DNA of 64,000 nucleotides from Candidatus Aquitaenariimonas noxiae (lineage in GTDB: Bacteria; Omnitrophota; Gorgyraeia; Aquitaenariimonadales; Aquitaenariimonadaceae), in contig PEWV01000075.1 of assembly GCA_002780005.1 (NCBI GenBank), forward strand, positions 14,133 through 78,132. The letters are read 5' to 3'. Below are positions 38,568-46,629 of this stretch, one piece after another. The position numbers were made by a program, and so were the translations under genes. Under the pieces are notes generated by a model. That model was not told the origin of the DNA, made no database searches, and worked only from the letters and a program-made list of their open reading frames with translations. The first letter of the stretch is position 1. Each line of letters starts with the position of its first letter.

Positions 38568-40304
38568 TTATCTGAAAAATATTCTGTCGACGTCCTCTTT
38601 ACTGACGGCCTTATGTAATCGTTTGGATATTGTCTTATCGGGCCTCTTGTGATTCAACAGTTCGCACTTTATACTTGATAATTTAGAGGCCGCTACGCTG
38701 AAACTGCGCAGCCCAACGCTCAGCAGTAAAGGATAAAATTCTTCGAAACTGGCAACTTCGCCGCACAGGCAAACCTCTTTCTTGTGGGTTTTTCCCGATT
38801 TAACGACAAGTTCTATAAGTTTCACTAGAGAAGAATGTAAGATGTGATATCTTTTTTCTATTAGCGGATTGCCGCGGGAAGCGGCAAGCGTGTATTGCAA
38901 AAGGTCATTTGAGCCTATATTGACAAAATCAACATTCTTTATAAGCGAATCCAATAAGAGGGCCGCTGACGGAGTTTCCACCATAATGCCTTCTTTAATA
39001 CTTTTCTTGAATTTTTTACCCTCTTTTTTAAGGCTGGTTTTCGCGGACACGATCAATTTCTTGAATAAGTCTATATCGCTCATATCCGATATCATAGGAT
39101 ACAGGACTCTTAGGTCTCCAAAAACAGCTGCCCTAAGGATCGCCTTGACTTGCACCAGATATATGTCATAAAAGAAATCCAGCGCCCTTACACCCCTTAT
39201 GCCCAGATCAGGATTTTCCTGCGGCGGAAGATTTAAGTAAGGCGGCAACTTGTCAGGACTAATGTCCAAAAGTCTTACAGTAACGGGGAGGCCTTTGGCT
39301 TCTTCCAATATATGTTTATACATATTAAATTGCTCTTCTTCTGACGGAGGTGTTTCTTTGTTTAAAAAAAGAAATTCTGTCCTAAGCAAGCCTACCCCAT
39401 CGTATTGAAGTCCTCTCAATAGCTCTATTTCACCCGGCGTGCTAATATTGGCTTTTAACTTAATTCTAAGGCCTTTTTGAGTCTTGGAAGGCGCGTCTTT
39501 TACTGAAACACACACGGCTTTCCTTTTTTGAATATCCGATATCTTATTCGAATAGCGATCAAGCGTGGCCTGATCCGGAGAAACAAATACTTTACCGTCA
39601 AATCCGTCAACTATAATCTTATCACCGCATTTAATATTGACCTCTACGCTAACGCCAAAAACTACAGGCACATTGTAACCTCTTGCCAGAATAGTCGCAT
39701 GAGTAGTGAAGCCGCCTTCTTCGGTTACAAATGATAAAACATGTTCCTTAGGGATATTCAGCACCATTGAAGTGGTTAATCTTTTAGACACCACGATAAC
39801 AGGCTGCCTCTCGCCCACCGGGCATTCGAAATGACCTGCGAGATTGCCAAAAGATACCAAAAGCCTATTTCTAACATCTCTTACATCATGGGATAACTCT
39901 GAAAAATGAAGCTCACTTTTTTCATATGTTTTTACATATTCTTCAAAGGCATCACTTACCGCGTGTTCGGCATTAACCAATTTGGTGTTTATTAGATCCT
40001 TCATTCTTTCAAGTAGTACAGGGTCATCTAATATTAAGACGTGAGCGCTAAAGATTTCGCTCGCGCGTTTATCGAATAATTTTTCCGCAGCACGAGCCAT
40101 GCTTCCCATTGTTTCTTTGGCCTTCTTAATAGCTTCTTCCAGGCGAAGGATCTCCCCCTTAGTCCTATCTTTTTCTATTACATAGTGGGGGATCTCTTCT
40201 TCGACCTTTTCGGCATACAAACAGGCCGTTCCTATCACTACGCCGGAAGATGCCACCACACCTTTTAATATCTTCATAAAAATACGCTCCTTAGATTCAA
40301 GCAA
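38568..40304 (-). CDS. ptsI: phosphoenolpyruvate-protein phosphotransferase (PTS enzyme I-like); no HPr or EII genes in window
   Basis: EIN region, phosphohistidine domain (GGFTTHATILARGYNVPVV), C-terminal PEP-binding barrel (GLLRTEFLF ... MVETPSAA ... NDLLQYTLA). Confidence 0.8.
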   Translation of the reverse strand: MLESKERIFMKILKGVVASSGVVIGTACLYAEKVEEEIPHYVIEKDRTKGEILRLEEAIKKAKETMGSMARAAEKLFDKRASEIFSAHVLILDDPVLLERMKDLINTKLVNAEHAVSDAFEEYVKTYEKSELHFSELSHDVRDVRNRLLVSFGNLAGHFECPVGERQPVIVVSKRLTTSMVLNIPKEHVLSFVTEEGGFTTHATILARGYNVPVVFGVSVEVNIKCGDKIIVDGFDGKVFVSPDQATLDRYSNKISDIQKRKAVCVSVKDAPSKTQKGLRIKLKANISTPGEIELLRGLQYDGVGLLRTEFLFLNKETPPSEEEQFNMYKHILEEAKGLPVTVRLLDISPDKLPPYLNLPPQENPDLGIRGVRALDFFYDIYLVQVKAILRAAVFGDLRVLYPMISDMSDIDLFKKLIVSAKTSLKKEGKKFKKSIKEGIMVETPSAALLLDSLIKNVDFVNIGSNDLLQYTLAASRGNPLIEKRYHILHSSLVKLIELVVKSGKTHKKEVCLCGEVASFEEFYPLLLSVGLRSFSVAASKLSSIKCELLNHKRPDKTISKRLHKAVSKEDVDRIFFR

Positions 40305-40812
40305 TGACTTTCTTTAAAGCCGAAAGTGCGGCCTCATAATTCGGATGGGAAGACAGCTCAGGCACATATTCGACATACCTGGCTATATTATTTTTATCTA
40401 ATATAAAAATTGCCCTTGCCAGGAGCCTTAATTCCTTTATTAAAACTCCGTATTTGGATCCGAAATCAGCGTCTCTATGGTCAGAAAATGTTTTCACCTT
40501 TTTGATATCATTATCATGGCAAAATCTTTTTTGCGCGAAAGGCAGATCCATAGAGATAAAAATAATGACCAGGTCTTTTGATAATTTGCTCGCTTCATCG
40601 TTGAAGCGTTTTATTTCCAGATCGCAGACAGGCGTATCCAGGGAAGGCGCCGATGCGATTAATTTTATCTTGCCGGCAAACTTATCCAGGGAGACTTCGG
40701 CCAGTTCATTGTCTAAAACGGTGAAGCCTGGCGCCTTTGTCCCAAGTTTTATTTCTTCCCCGATCAATGTCAACGGTTTCCCTTTCACGGTTACCGCGTT
40801 TTGTCTTTCCAT
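40297..40812 (-). CDS. tpx: thiol peroxidase (Tpx, atypical 2-Cys peroxiredoxin)
   Basis: SLDTPVCDLE peroxidatic Cys context; resolving Cys near FAQKRFC. Confidence 0.85.
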   Translation of the reverse strand: MERQNAVTVKGKPLTLIGEEIKLGTKAPGFTVLDNELAEVSLDKFAGKIKLIASAPSLDTPVCDLEIKRFNDEASKLSKDLVIIFISMDLPFAQKRFCHDNDIKKVKTFSDHRDADFGSKYGVLIKELRLLARAIFILDKNNIARYVEYVPELSSHPNYEAALSALKKVIA

Positions 40813-40823
40813 AAAACCCCCTT

Positions 40824-41375
40824 CTATACTACCCTGCTGATAATATCCGATAAAACCACTATATCCTCCGTGCAGAAGATTTCTTTTACGCTTTGATCAA
40901 AGAGTATGTTCGCTTCGGCTGAAAACTCGTCATCCTGGCCCCATACGGTAACAAGCACGGGCACGAAATCAAAAGCTTCCAATACTATTCCGCCGTCTCC
41001 GTATTGAATGGCTTTTCCCGGTAATCTTTCCAGGCAAGAAACAATACCTTGAGGCATTTTGCCGTATTTACGGCCGATCAACTCAAGGGATCTTTTTTTA
41101 AATGCATCATAATAACCCTGGCCGCCAGGCAACTCCTGGAAAGATATCCACTTTCCGGTAACTTCGGGTAAACCCTGTATTTTTTTAGCCAAATAATGCA
41201 GTATCAAAATAGAAACGTGTTCATGCGGAGGAATGTTGCAGGATAATGAAACAACCTGATGGGAGGATAAATCAATACTATAATTGTCAGCTAAAAATTT
41301 AATATCAGAAATATTATCTGCTTTAAATTCTTTAAGCTTGACCCACGCCTTTTCCAGCGCATCCTTGTAGCTCAT
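40824..41375 (-). CDS. hypothetical protein
   Basis: 183-aa ORF with no motif I can assign; well-formed ORF in operon context. Confidence 0.4.
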   Translation of the reverse strand: MSYKDALEKAWVKLKEFKADNISDIKFLADNYSIDLSSHQVVSLSCNIPPHEHVSILILHYLAKKIQGLPEVTGKWISFQELPGGQGYYDAFKKRSLELIGRKYGKMPQGIVSCLERLPGKAIQYGDGGIVLEAFDFVPVLVTVWGQDDEFSAEANILFDQSVKEIFCTEDIVVLSDIISRVV

Positions 41376-41615
41376 GTTAACTTCTTTTAGACCATCCCGG
41401 CTATTGCCTGTTCCAAGGAAATGGCCGGTATCGCATCTGGTTATTTAGGCTTTGGCTTCTTCTTATCCTGGCAACCGCAGGTTTTGCACATACTTTCCTC
41501 CTTTTTCATTTAATCGGGCTATCTTATTCTACCAATAATTCTTATATATATTTTAGCATACAGCAAGAAGCTTGGAAACTTATTTTTGAAACATAATTAA
41601 TAAAAATAGTGGGCA

Positions 41616-41677
41616 GTTTACCCCGTTAGAGATTTATTCTCCAACGGGATAAACCCCAATCTCTAACGGGGTTTAAC
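41616..41677. repeat. hairpin built from two inverted copies of the ATCTCTAACGGGGT motif (14-bp perfect stem, 25-nt loop containing a third degenerate copy)
   Basis: ACCCCGTTAGAGAT 41620-41633 and ATCTCTAACGGGGT 41659-41672. Confidence 0.8.
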
Positions 41678-41815
41678 GTCGTGCCCGGGACTTAATACCG
41701 CAGCCCTCTTTACAATGGGCGACTGGACGTAGCATGTATCTAACATTTACCCACATATATCCTCCTTATTTTCTTAATTTGTTTTATCTTCAAAAGTGGA
41801 AAACTCTACTTTTCC

Positions 41816-42135
41816 TTAATTGGATGCTGCCTTCAGTTTTGTCGAATATTTCTCAGGATCGGCTTTAAAAACATCTGCACATGACGGGCAACAGAAACCC
41901 ACTGTCTTACCTTTATACTCAGTCGTATAAGGAGTATCTCCCGAAACCTTTCCTCCCAAAACCGGGCATTCGGTATTATAAACCTTGCCTTTCTCTACCG
42001 TACTAGCCGCGCCTGCGGCGCAACTAACTCCGGTTGCTCCTTGGGGGCCGCTTGATCCGCATCCTGCGTAGGCCCCTGCGGCAAAAAATGTCAACGTTAT
42101 GATCGCTATCAGAGCTATTAGTATAGTCTTATTCA
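41816..42135 (-). CDS. YHS-domain lipoprotein (putative metal-binding)
   Basis: Start revised to MNKTILIALIAI... (GGAGG SD). The longer ORF-track start would overlap purF. Lipobox-like AGAYAGCG; C-terminal YHS/TRASH (GFCCPSCADVF). Confidence 0.6.
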
Positions 42136-42163
42136 TATTGTTCACCTCCTCTTTACTTACTAT

Positions 42164-42194
42164 GTAATGATACCATATTAGTATCATTATGTCA
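42164..42194 (-). promoter_or_regulatory. sigma70-like promoter (TTGACA-17-TATCAT) overlapped by perfect palindrome TAATGATAC-CATATTA-GTATCATTA, upstream of the YHS lipoprotein gene
   Basis: Same architecture and near-identical half-sites as the rrf2 upstream module at 38511-38540. Confidence 0.5.
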
Positions 42195-42203
42195 AGAAGA
42201 AAA

Positions 42204-43577
42204 TTATTTTTTTTCCAGGATGCATTTTGACATTCTACCGCAGGGTTTGGCCGGGTAATTCCCATCAAAACAGGCCGTGCAGAATTCCTCTTTCGGGATC
42301 GGCATGGATTTGAGCATACCTTCTTTGCTTAAATACTCAAGGCTATCCAGACCGATAAAATCTTTTATCCATTTTATGCTGTGATTCGACGCTATTAATT
42401 CCTTTTTAGTCGGGAAATCTATACCGTAAAAACACGGGAACCTAAGCGGCGGACAGCTTACCCGCATATGGACTTCTTTAGCTCCAGCTTCCCGCAGTGT
42501 CTTTACCCTGACCCTGCTCGTTGTCCCGCGGACTATAGAATCTTCTATAATAACTGTGCGCTTATTTCTTAGGACATCTTTTATCGGATTAAGTTTTACC
42601 CTGACTCTGAAATCCCTTATAAACTGTGACGGCTGAATAAATGTCCTCCCAACATAATGGTTCCTTATCAAGGCTGCTTCATATGGGATCCCGGATTCTT
42701 CTGAAAAACCTAAAGCGGCGTAATTCCCCGAATCGGGCACAGGCATCACGAAATCGCCTTTAGCGGGAAATTCTTTTGCCAGCTGCTTGCCCAAACGCTT
42801 CCGGGTTAAATAAACATTCTGGCCAAAAATATTGCTATCGGGCCTGGCAAAATATATATATTCAAATATGCAAAACGAATGTTTCTTTCCAGAAAAAGGT
42901 TTTTGAGACTCTATGCCTTTCTTGCTTATAAAAACTATCTCACCTGGCTCAACTTCCCTGATATATTCCGCATTTATCAAGTCTAGCGCGCAGGTTTCGC
43001 TCGCCAATACATAGGCATCGTCCAATTTACCGATACAAAGCGGCCTCCATCCGCCCGGATCCCTTGCTCCGGCCAAGTATCCGTTAAGCATGAGTACAAG
43101 CGAATACGCCCCTTCAAGCCCGGATAAGGCGTCAACAAGATTTTGCCTGTGGTCCGGGCTTTGTGATTTAGCTAAAAGATGAACTATTGTTTCGGAATCC
43201 ATTGTAGTCTGAAAGATAGAACCCCTACCTTCCATATCATGTCGCAGCTTGAAAGCATTTGTAAGGTTACCGTTATGAGCGATAGCTATATGCCCCTTAC
43301 TATGGTTTACAGAGAACGGCTGGATGTTTTTGGAAATGCTTGAACCTGTCGTTGAATAGCGAACATGTCCTATCGCTACGTCGCCGCGCAGCGACTTTAT
43401 GCTTTTTTCATCAAATACATCTCCGACCAGGCCCATACCCTTATGGGACATGATCTTTTTTTCGCTTGAGACAACTATGCCTGCGCTTTCTTCGCCGCGA
43501 TGCTGGAGCGCGTAAAGGCCCAGATAAGTAAGCCGCGCCGCGTCTTTATGCCCATATATACCGAATATCCCGCACAT
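42204..43577 (-). CDS. purF: amidophosphoribosyltransferase
   Basis: MCGIFGIYGH Ntn-Cys start; PRT domain; C-terminal Fe-S Cys. Confidence 0.9.
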   Translation of the reverse strand: MCGIFGIYGHKDAARLTYLGLYALQHRGEESAGIVVSSEKKIMSHKGMGLVGDVFDEKSIKSLRGDVAIGHVRYSTTGSSISKNIQPFSVNHSKGHIAIAHNGNLTNAFKLRHDMEGRGSIFQTTMDSETIVHLLAKSQSPDHRQNLVDALSGLEGAYSLVLMLNGYLAGARDPGGWRPLCIGKLDDAYVLASETCALDLINAEYIREVEPGEIVFISKKGIESQKPFSGKKHSFCIFEYIYFARPDSNIFGQNVYLTRKRLGKQLAKEFPAKGDFVMPVPDSGNYAALGFSEESGIPYEAALIRNHYVGRTFIQPSQFIRDFRVRVKLNPIKDVLRNKRTVIIEDSIVRGTTSRVRVKTLREAGAKEVHMRVSCPPLRFPCFYGIDFPTKKELIASNHSIKWIKDFIGLDSLEYLSKEGMLKSMPIPKEEFCTACFDGNYPAKPCGRMSKCILEKK

Positions 43578-43581
43578 ACAC

Positions 43582-44394
43582 TTATATCCTCACAGGAATG
43601 CCTCTATCCTTAAGGTATTCCTTTGCCTCTCTGATCGAATATTTCCCGTAATGAAAAATAGATGCCGCAAGAACGGCATCAGCCCTGCCTGTTGTTAGCG
43701 CCTCATAAAGATGTTCTAAATCCCCTGCGCCGCCCGATGCTATAACCGGGATATTTACGGTTTCTGATATAGCCTTTGTCAGCTTCAGGTCATAACCCGC
43801 TGTCGTTCCGTCCATATCCATGCTGGTAAGCAGGATCTCGCCGGCCCCTGATCGTTCTGCCTTTTTTGCCCATTCGACCGCGTCAAGGCCGACCGGTTTT
43901 CTACCGCCGTAGGCATATACTTCCCATTTCTTTTTTTTGCTATGGACTATGGACTGTGGGCTGTGGACTAACTTCGCGTCTATGGCAACCACTATGCACT
44001 GGCTGCCAAATTCCTCGGATGCTTCTTTAATCAATGTAGGGTTTTCTATTGCCGCTGTATTTATAGAAACCTTATCGGCCCCAGATTTCAAGAGCTGTCT
44101 TATATCGCTTATATTTCGAATGCCGCCTCCAACCGTCAAAGGTATAAAGACCTGCTCTGCTGTTTTTATGACCACATCTAAAAATGCCTGGCGTTTTTCA
44201 ACGCTTGCTGTTATGTCTAAGAATACTACTTCGTCCGCGCCTTCTTTGGAATAGAAGGCTGCTGTCTTGACAGGGTCTCCCGTGTCTTTAAGGTCCAGGA
44301 AATTAATACCCTTCACAACTCTTCCGTCTTTTACATCCAGGCATGGTATTATTCTTTTAGTCAGCCCCGTTAGAAACTTAGCTCTTTCTACCAT
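43582..44394 (-). CDS. hisF: imidazole glycerol phosphate synthase cyclase subunit HisF
   Basis: [16 protein letters not shown] ... full HisF barrel. Carries the N-terminal extension [13 protein letters not shown] and an internal [14 protein letters not shown] segment encoded by heptamer repeats. Confidence 0.9.
   Translation of the reverse strand: MVERAKFLTGLTKRIIPCLDVKDGRVVKGINFLDLKDTGDPVKTAAFYSKEGADEVVFLDITASVEKRQAFLDVVIKTAEQVFIPLTVGGGIRNISDIRQLLKSGADKVSINTAAIENPTLIKEASEEFGSQCIVVAIDAKLVHSPQSIVHSKKKKWEVYAYGGRKPVGLDAVEWAKKAERSGAGEILLTSMDMDGTTAGYDLKLTKAISETVNIPVIASGGAGDLEHLYEALTTGRADAVLAASIFHYGKYSIREAKEYLKDRGIPVRI
43941..43968. repeat. 4 x 7-nt tandem repeat T(A/G)TGG(A/G)C inside hisF, next to a T8 run (43931-43938)
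   Basis: TATGGAC TATGGAC TGTGGGC TGTGGAC. Confidence 0.8.
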
Positions 44395-44466
44395 AATATT
44401 TATTCTCCATCCCCATTAAGAAAACATAAGCCATATTCAGCAAACCAAAACGTTTCTAACGGGGTT
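44365..44466. repeat. inverted pair of the CCCCGTTAGAAAC / GTTTCTAACGGGG motif bracketing the hisF start codon
   Basis: 13-bp perfect inverted repeat: 44366-44378 (inside hisF codons 6-10) and 44452-44464 (5' UTR). Confidence 0.8.
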
Positions 44467-45085
44467 AGCATAGTTTGCAAAAATTCTCCAAAAATTTAAG
44501 GCCCAATTCTGAGCTTTTTTCTGGGTGAAACTGTACGCCCCAAATATTATCCTTATTTACTGCAGAGGCGAAATCTTTCCCATACTTGGTCGTGCCGATT
44601 ATAATTCCTTTATCATCCGGATCAACATAATAGGTGTGAACGAAGTAGAAATATGAATTATCAGCTATGTCTTCAAACAGCTGTGGACTGTGGACTGTGG
44701 ACTGTGGACTTTTTATTTTAACCTCGTTCCATCCCATATGCGGCGTCTTCAATTGCAGATCAAATCTCTTAACTTTTCCTTTTAATATATCGAGGCCTCT
44801 ATGAGTGCCATGCTCCTCGCTTTCCGTAAATAATAATTGCAAACCAAGGCATATGCCTAAAAAAGGTTTGCCGTCTTTAATGATCCTGGTTATAGCAGGC
44901 AGGATATCTAATTCCGTAAGGTTAGCCATGGCCCTGGCAAAGGCGCCTACCCCGGGCAGAACAACGGCTTTAGCGTCGCTCAAATCATTAGGATTATCCG
45001 TAACCTTTGCCTGGGCGCCTACCATCTGGAAAGCTTTACTGACGCTTTTCAGGTTTCCCATGCCATAGTCGATTATCGCTATCAT
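44465..45085 (-). CDS. hisH: imidazole glycerol phosphate synthase glutaminase subunit HisH
   Basis: Class I GATase with GICLGLQLL catalytic Cys and HPEKS. Confidence 0.9.
   Translation of the reverse strand: MIAIIDYGMGNLKSVSKAFQMVGAQAKVTDNPNDLSDAKAVVLPGVGAFARAMANLTELDILPAITRIIKDGKPFLGICLGLQLLFTESEEHGTHRGLDILKGKVKRFDLQLKTPHMGWNEVKIKSPQSTVHSPQLFEDIADNSYFYFVHTYYVDPDDKGIIIGTTKYGKDFASAVNKDNIWGVQFHPEKSSELGLKFLENFCKLC
44682..44709. repeat. perfect 4 x 7-nt tandem repeat TGTGGAC inside hisH (encodes SPQSTVHSPQ)
   Basis: 44682-44709 is TGTGGAC x4 exactly. Confidence 0.9.
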
Positions 45086-45088
45086 ATA

Positions 45089-46629
45089 TTACTCCCACTC
45101 TATCGTAGAAGGCGGCTTGGATGAAATATCATAAACAACCCTGTTGATGCCTTTGACTTCATTTATAATACGGCTCGATATGGTTTCAAGCAACTCGTAG
45201 GGAAGCTTGGCCCAGTGAGCGGTCATTGCGTCTTCGCTCGTCACAGCCCTTACCGCAACCACATTCTCGTAAGTCCTCTCATCACCCATAACCCCTACTG
45301 TTTTTATAGGTAACAATACGCAGAATGACTGCCATAATTTTCTATAAAGGCCACTTCGTTTTATTTCATCTATCAATATCCAGTCGGCTTCCCGTAAAAG
45401 GTCAAGCCTATTCTTAGTGATCTTGTCTATTACGCGAACCGCAAGGCCCGGCCCCGGGAAAGGCTGTCTATAAATAGCTTCTTCCGGCATACCTAGTTCT
45501 TTTCCGAGTAGCCTTACCTCATCTTTAAATAAATCCTTAAGAGGCTCTATCAGTTCAAAATCCATGCGGGAAGGAAGTCCTCCTACATTGTGATGTGTCT
45601 TAATGGTCGCCGAAGGCCCGCCTATCGGGGATTTTGATTCTATTACATCAGGGTATAACGTGCCCTGGGCTAAAAATTTTATTTTCCCCATTTTTTTTGC
45701 TTCTTTCTCAAAAATTCTTATAAATAACTTGCCTATGATCTTGCGTTTTTTCTCAGGGTCCGTGACCCCTTTTAAACCGTTCAAAAAAACTTTACTCGCG
45801 TCGATTACTTTCAGGTTTATACGAAAGTTTTTTCTGAATCTTTTCTCGACAAGCTCGGACTCATGTTTGCGCAACAGCCCGTTATCGATAAAGATGGCGA
45901 CAAGATTTTTACCTATAGCCTTATGAAGAAGCACTGCCAACACCGAAGAATCCACGCCGCCGCTTAACCCGCATAGAACTTTTTCACCGTTTATCCGGTT
46001 TCTTAATTCTTTAATCGTGTTTTGCGCAAAAGAATACATATCCCACGATGGCTTGCATCCTGCTATATTAAATAGAAAATTTTTCAATATGATCTTCCCT
46101 TTTGGCGTGTGAACGACCTCGGGATGGAACTGAACCCCGAAAAAGTTTTTTTCAGGATGTTCCATAGCGGCGACCGGAGAATTTGAGGTGGAGCCTATTA
46201 CCCTAAAGCCCTTTGGCAATTTTGTTATCCTGTCTCCGTGGCTCATCCAGATCGTCTCTTTCGAAAGTAAATCTTTAAACAATGTCTTTTTTGATCTAAT
46301 GCTAAGGGTCGCCTTTCCATATTCCCGTGTCTTAGCCTTAGCAACATTCCCTTCCAATAATTTGGCCATAAGCTGCGCGCCGTAGCATATGCCGAGAACG
46401 GGTATGCCCATATTAAAAATATCCTTATCACATACGGGAGATTTTGCTGCGGTAACGCTGGCAGGGCCGCCTGACAAAATAACCGCTTTTGGTTTGCGAG
46501 CCGAAAGTTCATCCGCCCCTATATTGTAAGGCACTATTCCAGAGTAAACCTTATGCTCGCGTATCCTGCGGGTAATAAGATGGGTGTATTGAGAGCCAAA
46601 ATCTAAAATCGCTATCCAGTCTCTATCCA
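45089..46629 (-). CDS. guaA: GMP synthase (glutamine-hydrolysing)
   Basis: GATase domain (ILDFGSQYT, catalytic GICYG) plus ATP-PPase SGGVDSSV and C-terminal dimerisation domain. Start revised to GTG at 46629 (GGAGGA SD). The ORF-track N-terminal extension overlaps carB. Confidence 0.88.

Noticed and set aside
41507-41509. Longer version of sORF2 starting MKKEESMCKT...
   Set aside because: The upstream ATG lacks an SD, while the internal ATG has a perfect one. The shorter 16-aa form is preferred, and even that remains speculative.
44682-44709. Tandem TGTGGAC repeats considered as a CRISPR-like array or microsatellite outside genes
   Set aside because: Units are 7 nt and directly tandem with no spacers, and they lie inside the hisH and hisF reading frames. 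They are coding SSRs, not CRISPR.
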